From Minisyncoccota bacterium (GTDB taxonomy: Bacteria > Patescibacteriota > Minisyncoccia > Phycocordibacterales > GWA1-40-21): DNA of 64,000 bases. The stretch spans positions 148,403-212,402 of the forward strand of contig JBAZRH010000001.1 in NCBI GenBank assembly GCA_041663045.1, read 5' to 3'. Below are positions 51,950 through 60,465 of the stretch, one piece after another. The stretch's first letter is position 1. Each line of letters begins with the position of its first letter. The translations under genes and the position numbers were made by a program. The notes below the pieces were generated by a model, which worked only from the letters and a program-made list of their open reading frames with translations, did no database searches and was not told where the DNA came from.

Positions 51950-53527
51950 TTAAATACTTGGAGAAGCGACGACTTTTTCCCCATCAGTGATTCCGGAAAG
52001 GATTTCTATATATCCATCCACCCCACGCAGACCCGTCTTGACTTCCCTTTCCGTAATATTTTTAGGATTTTGTGGATCGACGATATTTACAAACTTTTTA
52101 TTGTCGAGCGCGTAGACAGACCTTGTCGGGACAGACAAAACAGATTCTTTTTGACCGGTGATTATGTCGAGGTTGGCTGTCATGCCGGATTTTATGCGAT
52201 CGTCTTTTGTTACAAACTTGAATGTGACTTTATAAGTTGAAACACCGTCTATAGTGGTTTCAGCTGGATCTATTTTTATTACAGTAGTATCGAAAAAAGT
52301 ATCAGAACCGTAGGCATCGAGCGTGGTAGAAGCCATATCCCCTATTTCTATTTTTGCTATATCAGCTTCGGCGACAAAAGATTCAACTTCGTATTCTCCG
52401 TATGAGATGACGGAGATTGCTGTCTTGCCTGCTTGTATGACTTCGCCGACTTTTGCGGGAATACTGGTTATTATACCGTTTATAGGCGATCTGATTACGG
52501 ATTTTGCCAATTGGGCATATGCATTGTCGAGGACGGATTTGGCTTGATCCACAAGGGCTTCTTTTGACGATATTTCTTCGGAAGTTGCGCTGGACTTTGT
52601 AAGTATGAGCTGGTTTTCAGCGATTTTGAGAGCAGACTCCGAGATTTTATATTGATTTACAGAAGATGCCAAAGCACTTATCGCTGTGCTTATAGCTGTC
52701 CTTGCAGTTGAGACCGCACTTTTATATGTGTCTATACTTGTCTGTGTCAGGCTTGAATCGGCTGTACTTAAACTATTTACAGCGAGAGCTACTTTATCTA
52801 AAAAGCCTTTTATAGTGTTGAGATTGTCTTTTGCCAATTTTGATTTTCCATCAACAGAAATATTTTGATCGGTGAGTGAATTATCCCATGAGGTTAGCAA
52901 AGCTTCTGTATTCGCTCTGCCCTGTTCAATATCTATTTTCAATTGGAAATTGTTTATATTGAATTTGAGCTCAACATTCTGTGCGCGCGGATTATCAAAA
53001 ATCTGATCGATTTTGTTTCTGATAGAGTCGTCTGATTTTGTGTATGAATCTATAGAAGTATCATTTAATGCTTTTTCACTTTCGATTAAGTCGATTTTTG
53101 TCTTCTCTACCTGGGATTCTTGCAGAGCGATCTGTTCCGGAGTCGAGCCTTTCATGGTTGCACTCAGATTGGCCTCGGCGTTTTTCAAACCAGCTTTTGC
53201 TTGCTCTACTTGTGCGAGAAGATCCCCATTTGACACAGAAGCCAAATATTGAGAGTCGTATACCCTATCTCCTACCGATACTGAAATATCGCTCACTCTG
53301 CCGGTTGTTTCAAAAGATAAATCAACATCGGAAAACGGCTTTACATTGCCTGTTGTGCTTACAACCTCTTTGATATTGTGTCTCTCGACGACGACTGTTT
53401 CTATCGGGGTCGTTTTTGATTTTGCAAATATAATTATAAGGATAATAACTACCACCACCGAGACAGCAATGGCCCACCATTTATTGGATAATATAAAGCT
53501 CTTAACTTTAGTAAAAATATTTTTCAT
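51950..53527 (-). CDS. Efflux periplasmic adaptor (MacA/HlyD-like)
   Basis: N-terminal TM, long coiled coil, IRSPINGII lipoyl-like motif, IKSGMTAN. Confidence 0.9.
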   Translation of the reverse strand: MKNIFTKVKSFILSNKWWAIAVSVVVVIILIIIFAKSKTTPIETVVVERHNIKEVVSTTGNVKPFSDVDLSFETTGRVSDISVSVGDRVYDSQYLASVSNGDLLAQVEQAKAGLKNAEANLSATMKGSTPEQIALQESQVEKTKIDLIESEKALNDTSIDSYTKSDDSIRNKIDQIFDNPRAQNVELKFNINNFQLKIDIEQGRANTEALLTSWDNSLTDQNISVDGKSKLAKDNLNTIKGFLDKVALAVNSLSTADSSLTQTSIDTYKSAVSTARTAISTAISALASSVNQYKISESALKIAENQLILTKSSATSEEISSKEALVDQAKSVLDNAYAQLAKSVIRSPINGIITSIPAKVGEVIQAGKTAISVISYGEYEVESFVAEADIAKIEIGDMASTTLDAYGSDTFFDTTVIKIDPAETTIDGVSTYKVTFKFVTKDDRIKSGMTANLDIITGQKESVLSVPTRSVYALDNKKFVNIVDPQNPKNITEREVKTGLRGVDGYIEILSGITDGEKVVASPSI

Positions 53528-53577
53528 ACTTTTATTCTAACACAAAAAAGATGTTTGATAAGCATGTACTAATTTTG

Positions 53578-53651
53578 TGGGCAATACAGGGTTCGAACCT
53601 GTGACCTCACGAATGTGAATCGTGCGCTCTAACCAACTGAGCTAATTGCCC
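53578..53651 (-). tRNA. tRNA-Val(CAC)
   Basis: Cloverleaf GGGCAAT...ATTGCCCA; anticodon arm CACGA-TTCACAT-TCGTG; GTTCGAA T-loop; CCA not encoded. Confidence 0.95.
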
Positions 53652-53730
53652 GTACGATAATTTATATCACAAAAGGCTTCTAAATTCTATTTTGATTTTT
53701 AGTATTAAATAAGCTATACTCCTCCGAGTT

Positions 53731-53803
53731 GGGCCGCTAGCTCATTTGGTAGAGCGCATCCATGGCATGGATGAGGCGACCGGTTCGATCCCGGTGCGGT
53801 CCA
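53731..53803 (+). tRNA. tRNA-Ala(GGC)
   Basis: CATCC-ATGGCAT-GGATG anticodon arm; G3:U70 pair; GTTCGAT T-loop. Confidence 0.95.
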
Positions 53804-53826
53804 CAAGCAAAAATCATTATCGATTT

Positions 53827-53964
53827 TTGTGGACCGCAGCAAGCAAACTGCTTTGCTTGCGACCGGGATCGAAAGGATTTTTTAATATTTTTTAGAAATT
53901 CTGATTTTTAAAAAATCAAGAAATCACCCGCTGCGGTAGGCAGAGATACCCGGTGCAGTTCACA
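53827..53964. repeat. tRNA-Ala 3'-end-derived inverted and direct repeats
   Basis: Reverse complement of 53784-53806 at 53827-53873, split by a hairpin; degenerate direct copy at 53949-53964. Confidence 0.7.
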
Positions 53965-53992
53965 TTTCGTGATACACAAGATACGTTTATTT

Positions 53993-54063
53993 GGGCCTAT
54001 AGTCTAGTGGTACGACGCGTCATTCGCATTGACGAAGCGGCGGTCCGACTCCGCCTAGGTCCA
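53993..54063 (+). tRNA. tRNA-Ala(CGC)
   Basis: CGTCA-TTCGCAT-TGACG anticodon arm; G3:U70; atypical GTCCGA T-loop. Confidence 0.88.
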
Positions 54064-54229
54064 CAAAGGTTAAAAATCGCAACTGCTTGCGATTTTTTAC
54101 ACTTTGTGGAAGACGCAGCTATATTTTTGTTTTATGTAATAAAGGCGAAAATAGCGAGCCGGGGTCGCGAGATTTTTCTGTCAGGAAAAATACTTGTGAC
54201 CACAAGATTGTGATACAATATCGATCATA

Positions 54230-54303
54230 CGGGGTGTCGTATAGTGGTAGTATACACGTTTCGGGTACGTGAAGCCTGAGTTCGATTCTCAGCACCCCGA
54301 CCA
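54230..54303 (+). tRNA. tRNA-Pro(CGG)
   Basis: CGGGGTG...CACCCCG-ACCA; CACGT-TTCGGGT-ACGTG anticodon arm. Confidence 0.95.
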
Positions 54304-54328
54304 ATTTAAAGAATATCTAAGGTCTTTT

Positions 54329-54514
54329 TTATTTACCCTTTTTCGTCTTTCTTTTTGATGTTAACTCTTCCTTGTTTTCTTGTATAAATTTTTTACCTCT
54401 ATCACAATAAATACAAGGACCACCATCTTGGCAGTACTGGCACTGGTCTTTTTCTTGCACTGGGATATTTTGACTCCCTATTTCAAATTCTGGTAAAAAT
54501 GGTTGATTTTCCAT
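54329..54514 (-). CDS. Small four-Cys hypothetical protein
   Basis: CQYCQDGGPCIYC motif; TGT-TATAAT upstream. Confidence 0.6.
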   Translation of the reverse strand: MENQPFLPEFEIGSQNIPVQEKDQCQYCQDGGPCIYCDRGKKFIQENKEELTSKRKTKKGK

Positions 54515-54555
54515 AAAATTAAAACAAATACTTATAACTGCTTGTATTATAACAC

Positions 54556-54588
54556 AAAAAATTGGGCGCGAACTAAAGGTTCGCGCCC
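54556..54588 (-). terminator. Rho-independent terminator
   Basis: GGGCGCGAAC/GTTCGCGCCC perfect stem, T-tract on the minus strand. Confidence 0.75.
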
Positions 54589-54607
54589 GTAAATACCTTC
54601 CTCCTTA

Positions 54608-54892
54608 TTATTTCGCCATCTCCATAATCAGTCGGCCATTGCCACCCTTCAGATAAAATTTCCTTGAACCGATGTAGATATGTTCGTATAGACTACGAAT
54701 CTCTATCCACACCCGTTCTGATATACGAGGATGGGCGCCCGCACCGCTTTGTGCCACATCAATGGCCATAATTAATACAGACTTATGGTCATCTTTTACC
54801 GTGGGCGATGCTTGTACTTCCGTCTTGAAATCTTTTTCAGAAAACGAAAGTACAGTTCTTGGCTTCAACTCGACACGGACTTTTTCTGCCAT
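54608..54892 (-). CDS. Hypothetical protein
   Basis: ATG at 54892 after AGGAG SD; own TTGACT promoter and terminator. Confidence 0.55.
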   Translation of the reverse strand: MAEKVRVELKPRTVLSFSEKDFKTEVQASPTVKDDHKSVLIMAIDVAQSGAGAHPRISERVWIEIRSLYEHIYIGSRKFYLKGGNGRLIMEMAK

Positions 54893-54980
54893 ACCTACTC
54901 CTTTGTTGAGGTTAGGATCAAAGAACAATTCTAGGATCCTTTTATACTTTACAAGATGTTAAAATAAAGTCAAACATATT

Positions 54981-55775
54981 TTAAATGATGAAGTACCTGA
55001 TTATTATAAACAGTATGATTATAACGAAAAGTGTTATTTGCCAATTTCTAACAATCATACTGAAAAAATCTATCATTTTATTATAAATATTTGTAACTAT
55101 TGGATATTTGAATAAGCCACCGGAGCTTGAAGCTTGGTATTTTGTCTCTGCCCCAAGGACCTGCCCGACCATTTCACTGTTTGTCTTGGTCGTTGCTGTT
55201 TGTCCGGTTGAAGGATCACTTGCTACAACACTTTGACTAGCTACTTCTGGCTTTTTATATGTTTCAATCTTATCAGCCAAAGCATTCGCAACTACATCTA
55301 TTTTCTGCACCACATTTTCCGCTATCTTTTGAGTATTTTCTTTTACGACTTCCAATGTTATTGGTTTTGTTATAGAGAGAGATGTTCTATCACTTTCAAA
55401 GGAAAGAAGTGAACTTGTACTTACGCCGTTTATCTCCGTAATCTTTATTTGTACTGAATGTCGGCCCTCCAAAGCTTTCCACGGTCCACTTATTTCTAAC
55501 AAGCTATCTTTTGTAGATGTAAAATTTACTTTCGAATTTAATTCATCATCTACGAAGATAGATGCGATGCCAGAAAAAGTAATGTCAGAATGATTTTGTA
55601 TAGCTCCAAATATTTTCACCAAATCTTGATCATTTATATTGATAGATGAATACCAAACACTCGATAAGATACCAGCATTTATTTGATTTGTGTTTGCAAA
55701 AACCTCTCTTGTAAGAAAAATAATAGAGATGAACCAAATGTATAATAAAGCCCTTTTCATTTTATTCGGATTCAA
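54981..55775 (-). CDS. Hypothetical exported protein with C-terminal membrane anchor
   Basis: N-terminal signal-like segment, Ig/CARDB-like beta region, VLGA motif, C-terminal TM. Confidence 0.7.
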   Translation of the reverse strand: MNPNKMKRALLYIWFISIIFLTREVFANTNQINAGILSSVWYSSININDQDLVKIFGAIQNHSDITFSGIASIFVDDELNSKVNFTSTKDSLLEISGPWKALEGRHSVQIKITEINGVSTSSLLSFESDRTSLSITKPITLEVVKENTQKIAENVVQKIDVVANALADKIETYKKPEVASQSVVASDPSTGQTATTKTNSEMVGQVLGAETKYQASSSGGLFKYPIVTNIYNKMIDFFSMIVRNWQITLFVIIILFIIIRYFII

Positions 55776-56598
55776 TAGGAATTATAATCGCGTCTTCTGA
55801 AGAATAATTTGTACTACTTGCCATAAATGTTCTCTCTTTAAACACAAGCTGATATATGATATAAGCCCCAAGCGCTATCGCTAAAATTACAAGAAGGGCA
55901 TTTAAGAATGCTGGGTGTTTTTTACTATATTTTATTGTAAACCTAATCAAGAAGAACAAGATGGTTATTGCTATTAATACAGAGACAATAATAATTACAA
56001 TTTTCTTTGTATTTGTGTTATTAGCAAATTGAGTCATAGCTCCCAAGACTTTTGTGCCTGTCGATGTCGGAATATTATTTGAGATATTTTCAGATTCAGA
56101 AACTTTTTCTACTCTAGGACTTGCATAATCTTGAACGATAAAAATCCCCTCTTTGCCTTTATAAGTACCAGAGGCAATACCCGTACCCATTTCTGTATAT
56201 GAATTTTTTAAAAGATTTTCCCTGTGCGTCGGCGAATTCATCCATGCGTCTGTCACTTCTTTTGACTCGTTAAAGTTAATCGCCAAATTTTCTCCTGCAT
56301 AATCATATTTATAACCGACAAGCTCAAGCCAATACCATGGGGTCTTGCCATCTGGACTTACATGAGAAAAATATTGATTGCCCGCCATATCCTCGGCTTT
56401 CATCTGTGCGGCTTTTGATAAGAGCGAATCTACCTTTAACACAGCCAAATTGTTTTGTTGTCTTTCTTGATTTGTTAGGTCTGAGAGTGCACTGACGAGG
56501 ACTGTTGCGGGCTGAAAAGACCCATTCATAAATCCCCCGATTAAAATCAGTAATTCAACACAGAGGACTATTGTCGCAATTTTTCTTAGATTGTTCAT
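55762..56598 (-). CDS. CAP/SCP domain membrane protein
   Basis: LTNQER, YFSHVSPDG, AGENLA, AWMNSPTHRENLL. Confidence 0.9.
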   Translation of the reverse strand: MNNLRKIATIVLCVELLILIGGFMNGSFQPATVLVSALSDLTNQERQQNNLAVLKVDSLLSKAAQMKAEDMAGNQYFSHVSPDGKTPWYWLELVGYKYDYAGENLAINFNESKEVTDAWMNSPTHRENLLKNSYTEMGTGIASGTYKGKEGIFIVQDYASPRVEKVSESENISNNIPTSTGTKVLGAMTQFANNTNTKKIVIIIVSVLIAITILFFLIRFTIKYSKKHPAFLNALLVILAIALGAYIIYQLVFKERTFMASSTNYSSEDAIIIPIESE

Positions 56599-56696
56599 AC
56601 TATGTATAGATTATAACATAAGTATTTTTTTATAAAATCAATCAATGTTGATTGAAGTAAAATATTTTTTATGCTAATCTATCCCGAGTTAGATAA

Positions 56697-56769
56697 GGGC
56701 CTGTAGCTCATCTGGTAGAGCGCCTCATTTGCAATGAGGAGGTAAGCGGTTCGAGCCCGCTCAGGTCCA
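56697..56769 (+). tRNA. tRNA-Ala(TGC)
   Basis: CCTCA-TTTGCAA-TGAGG anticodon arm; G3:U70; GTTCGAG T-loop. Confidence 0.95.
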
Positions 56770-56843
56770 CAAGCGTTAAGAAAATCCGCACTTCTCTGTC
56801 TTAACCCGAAGTAATAGGGCTTACCTGAATAGCCTAGAACAGG

Positions 56844-56880
56844 AGAGCACACAAACCGTAGGGAATGTGTGCTCTTTTTT
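56844..56880 (+). terminator. Terminator downstream of tRNA-Ala(TGC)
   Basis: AGAGCACACA/TGTGTGCTCT stem plus T-tract. Confidence 0.65.
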
Positions 56881-57087
56881 ATTGTCTTTATTGAATTTGT
56901 ATTTTTGTCTTTTGTCCGCCCTGAATTCCGAAAAGAAATGTGAAGCGAATCCCGCCCGCATTTCTTTCAAAAAAGGTTCGCGCAAATGCTAAAATAACAC
57001 CACTATCGTTTTTAAATCTCTTTTTTTGTAGAAAATTATTGATTTTTCTGATACTATGTAATTAATCAAAATAATAACCAATATTTT

Positions 57088-58527
57088 ATGAAAATTACCG
57101 ATATTAAAAATGACGAGCTTAAATATATGGTTGAGAGGATTGAGCCATATTTTGCTTCGTCTATTATAATTAGAGGGATGGTTGATAAGAAAAACGTCGA
57201 GAATATTCTTGAATGGAGAGCTGGAGTAAGATGGTTATATACTAATAATTATTTTTTTGCTAAAACGAGTGATCAAAAGATTGCTAAGGAAGATTTACAA
57301 AATAAATTCAAAAAAGGAGGGAATATTTATACTGGTAATCTAATAAAGAAATGTTTTGAACTTGGCAATCAACTAATTGAAGTCGCAAAGTCCATTGAGG
57401 TAATTACAAGTAAAGAAAACTTAGCCACCGAAGAAATGTATGATTGTCTAAAAAGATACTTGGATTCTGCTAGTAATTATATGATTTTTCAAAATCTGGT
57501 TTTGTTTGAAGACCCAATCTCGGAATTAGCCCGCAATACAGTAAAGAAATATGCAAAAAGTGAAAAGGAAGAAAATGAACTTCTTGGACTTATAACTACT
57601 GCTAGCCATCTAACTGGCGGGGAAAAAGAGCAGGATGATTTTCTAAGATTAGGTATTAAGAAAGCCACTGATAAGGAAATTGACGAACATGCTAGAAAAT
57701 ATGGTTGGCTAGCAATAAGATTCTTTGTTGGGGAACCGTGGACTAAAAATGATGTACTAGGGCGACTTTCTAGAACTGATTCTGTATCTGCTGAGATAGA
57801 ACTCAAAAAAAGGATTGAGTATCGGGAAGGAATTGAGAAAAAAATCATAAAGGCGATAGATGTTTTTAGCAAAGAAGACAAAGATATTGTTCAGCTCATT
57901 AGAGATGTTGTATATCTACGTACCCAGAGGACAGACTTCTTTCAGGAGTCGTCGTATTACGTACAAACTTTAGTAAAGGAAATTGCTATTAATTTTGGCG
58001 TTTCTTATTACGATCTTCTCTATTTGAGTGTACCAGAAGTCTTACAAGCACTGAAGGATAAGTTCAATGTAATAGGAAGCATTGAGAAAAGAAAGAAAGG
58101 CTTTGTCGTTTTTTTTGATTACGATGAAGATCATATTCTTGAAGGATCTGAAGCAAAAAAATTCGTCGATGAAAGACCGATATTAAATCATAGAACTTTG
58201 GAGGTGAAGGAATTGAAGGGCAGTATTGGATATAAAGGCAAGGCAAAAGGAAGCGTATGTATTGTTAAAACGGCCCATGACAATTCTAAAGTTAAAGAGG
58301 GGGATATTATTGTTGCGATTATGACTACGCCCAACTTTATCCCAGCATTAGAAAAAGCATCTGCATTTATTACTGATGAAGGCGGAATTACTTGTCATGC
58401 TGCAATTATAGCTCGGGAAATGAAAAAGCCCTGTATTATTGGTACTAAAAATGCTACCCAAGTTTTAAAAGATGGAGATTTGGTTGAGGTGGATGCTGAT
58501 AAGGGGGTGGTGAGAATAATTAAATAA
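57088..58527 (+). CDS. PEP-utiliser His-swivel domain protein (module 20, outside the main array)
   Basis: [16 protein letters not shown]; HARKYGWL and RTQRTD. Confidence 0.9.
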   Translation: MKITDIKNDELKYMVERIEPYFASSIIIRGMVDKKNVENILEWRAGVRWLYTNNYFFAKTSDQKIAKEDLQNKFKKGGNIYTGNLIKKCFELGNQLIEVAKSIEVITSKENLATEEMYDCLKRYLDSASNYMIFQNLVLFEDPISELARNTVKKYAKSEKEENELLGLITTASHLTGGEKEQDDFLRLGIKKATDKEIDEHARKYGWLAIRFFVGEPWTKNDVLGRLSRTDSVSAEIELKKRIEYREGIEKKIIKAIDVFSKEDKDIVQLIRDVVYLRTQRTDFFQESSYYVQTLVKEIAINFGVSYYDLLYLSVPEVLQALKDKFNVIGSIEKRKKGFVVFFDYDEDHILEGSEAKKFVDERPILNHRTLEVKELKGSIGYKGKAKGSVCIVKTAHDNSKVKEGDIIVAIMTTPNFIPALEKASAFITDEGGITCHAAIIAREMKKPCIIGTKNATQVLKDGDLVEVDADKGVVRIIK

Positions 58528-58544
58528 ATTAATGGTTAAAATTT

Positions 58545-59156
58545 ATGAGAAAAGAGATTGTCATTTTTGATTTTGACGGAGTAATAGTTAATAGCTTAGA
58601 ATTGGGTTATTCGATTAATAAAGAGATGATGCCTGATTTGAAATACGAAGAATGGGCTGGTTGGTTTGAAGGTAATTTATACAAGAATATAAGAAAAGAA
58701 CATGCAAATGATAAGTCTCAAAATGATTTCCATCAGCAATATTCAGCCAGAGTAAATAATTGTTTATTAGTCGAAGGTATTACCGAGACAATCAAAGAGC
58801 TTTCGAGAAGATTTGATTTAATAATTATTAGTTCATCGACGAGTATAGGCATTCGTAATTTCTTAGAAAAACACAATCTCATATCTTACTTTAAGGAAAT
58901 TCTTGGTGCGGACATTCATCGCAGTAAAATTGAAAAATTTAAAATGGTTTTATTGAAATATAATATAAAGCCCGAAGAGACCCTTATTATTACAGACTCT
59001 GTTGGAGATATAAAAGAAGCAAAGAATGTTGGTGTTAAGACAGTGGCAGTTACATGGGGAATACACGATATTAAAAAATTAAAAAATGAAGAACCAGACT
59101 CTATTGTGAAAAGACCAAGTGAAGTGGTTGGTAGTGTTTTTAAGGTGTTGTCTTAA
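58545..59156 (+). CDS. HAD-superfamily phosphatase
   Basis: IFDFDGVIVNS (DxD), IISS, K, TDSVGDI, VTWG. Confidence 0.9.
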   Translation: MRKEIVIFDFDGVIVNSLELGYSINKEMMPDLKYEEWAGWFEGNLYKNIRKEHANDKSQNDFHQQYSARVNNCLLVEGITETIKELSRRFDLIIISSSTSIGIRNFLEKHNLISYFKEILGADIHRSKIEKFKMVLLKYNIKPEETLIITDSVGDIKEAKNVGVKTVAVTWGIHDIKKLKNEEPDSIVKRPSEVVGSVFKVLS

Positions 59157-59157
59157 T

Positions 59158-60126
59158 TTACTTCTCTTCAATAGCAATCGTGAGCAAATGATCCAGAAAA
59201 TCAGGGAATGAACAGCCAATAGCTTTCAGCGATTTTGGCATAAGAGACTCGCTTGTAAGGCCAGGCAAAGTATTTACTTCCAAGATATAAACCCCTCTTC
59301 TCGGCGTGACGATAAAATCTGAGCGAGAATAATGCTTGAGCCCGAGGGCCTTGTGCGCCTCCTCAGCCATACGCTGGATTTCTTCTTTTTCCTTTATGCT
59401 GAATATTCCTGGGCAGATTTCTTCCGACTTGCCATTATATTTTGAATTAAAATCAAAAAATTCGGCATCTTTTGGCTTCTTTATTTCTATCGGCAAAAGT
59501 GAATAGACATCTTTGCCACGGAATTTGTCTATCACCCCGCATGTCGCTTCCCTACCTTTTATAAATTCTTCTATAAGCACAGTGTCCGAATGTTTGAATG
59601 CTTCAGCGATACCTTTTTCTATGCCAGCTATCGTGCTTGCTATCGTCACCCCAAGAGATGAACCGCTATTGTTTGGTTTGATGACGACAGGTATGGGGAA
59701 TGATTTGAAAAGCCTTTTTGAAAAATCGTGTATTTCTTCGCCGAGCGAGATCGTCGTATGAAGTGGAGTTTTGATGCCGTGTTGTTTGAAAATCTGTTTG
59801 GAAAGGATTTTGTTCATACCGATGGCCGAAGCGAGTGCGCCAGAGCCGGTGAAAGGGATTCCAAAATGCTCCAAAAGCTGTTGGACTTTGCCGTCTTCGC
59901 CATAAGTGCCGTGCATTGCATTGAAGACGACATGCGCATCGGCAAATACTTTTTCTGGTTTTACGGGAGCGCCATCTATATGCCAGACACCTTTTTTATC
60001 TATATAAACATCTATCGGAATATATTTATGTGGTAGATTTTCCATCACCGACTTTCCAGTCTTCAAAGAGACTTCATGCTCGCCACTAGTGCCCCCGCGT
60101 AATATTGCAACTTTTACTCGATTCAT
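59158..60126 (-). CDS. ddl: D-alanine--D-alanine ligase
   Basis: GGTSGEHEVSL, HGTYGEDG, GSSLGV, LEVNTLPG; ATG at 60126 preferred. Confidence 0.95.
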   Translation of the reverse strand: MNRVKVAILRGGTSGEHEVSLKTGKSVMENLPHKYIPIDVYIDKKGVWHIDGAPVKPEKVFADAHVVFNAMHGTYGEDGKVQQLLEHFGIPFTGSGALASAIGMNKILSKQIFKQHGIKTPLHTTISLGEEIHDFSKRLFKSFPIPVVIKPNNSGSSLGVTIASTIAGIEKGIAEAFKHSDTVLIEEFIKGREATCGVIDKFRGKDVYSLLPIEIKKPKDAEFFDFNSKYNGKSEEICPGIFSIKEKEEIQRMAEEAHKALGLKHYSRSDFIVTPRRGVYILEVNTLPGLTSESLMPKSLKAIGCSFPDFLDHLLTIAIEEK

Positions 60127-60160
60127 ACTGAAGATTATATCAAATAATGTAAAATTTGGG

Positions 60161-60436
60161 AAAAGAAAAAGTCCGCCCACATAGCAATTGCTAGGGGCGG
60201 ATAGCTTGGGAAAAGTATGATGTTGAGGAGAGCGATCGTGAGCTCCTTGTCCGTACTCTGCGAGGTGTCAGATGCATGTCAGGCCAGATAGCTACCAGCA
60301 GTGGATCCACCTGACGGAATCCAGGCTCTGCTGTTCAGCAATTCTGTTTTGCCTTAACCCGTCATGAATCGCTCGACAGCACGATAAAAGCAAGCATGCT
60401 CACGACCGCTATCCCTCAACATCAAAAGATCTGCTC
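60161..60436 (-). ncRNA. Candidate structured ncRNA with its own promoter and terminator
   Basis: Closing helix of about 26 bp (60218-60243/60398-60424), GC-rich, no ORF; promoter at 60469-60442; terminator at 60161-60201. Confidence 0.55.
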
Positions 60437-60465
60437 TTTATAAAATAGCATAATAAATATTGTCG

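Noticed and set aside
53953-54304. Short ORFs overlapping the tRNA cluster
   Set aside because: They overlap clear tRNA genes and hairpins, so they are spurious.
56910-56990. Imperfect hairpin GAAAAGAAATG/CATTTCTTTC upstream of module 20
   Set aside because: It is short and single-copy in the window, and I could not tie it to the other element families.
60161-60210. RNase P RNA start (GAAAAAGTCC resembles GAGGAAAGTCC)
   Set aside because: The other conserved RNase P regions are absent; the segment fits a minus-strand terminator.
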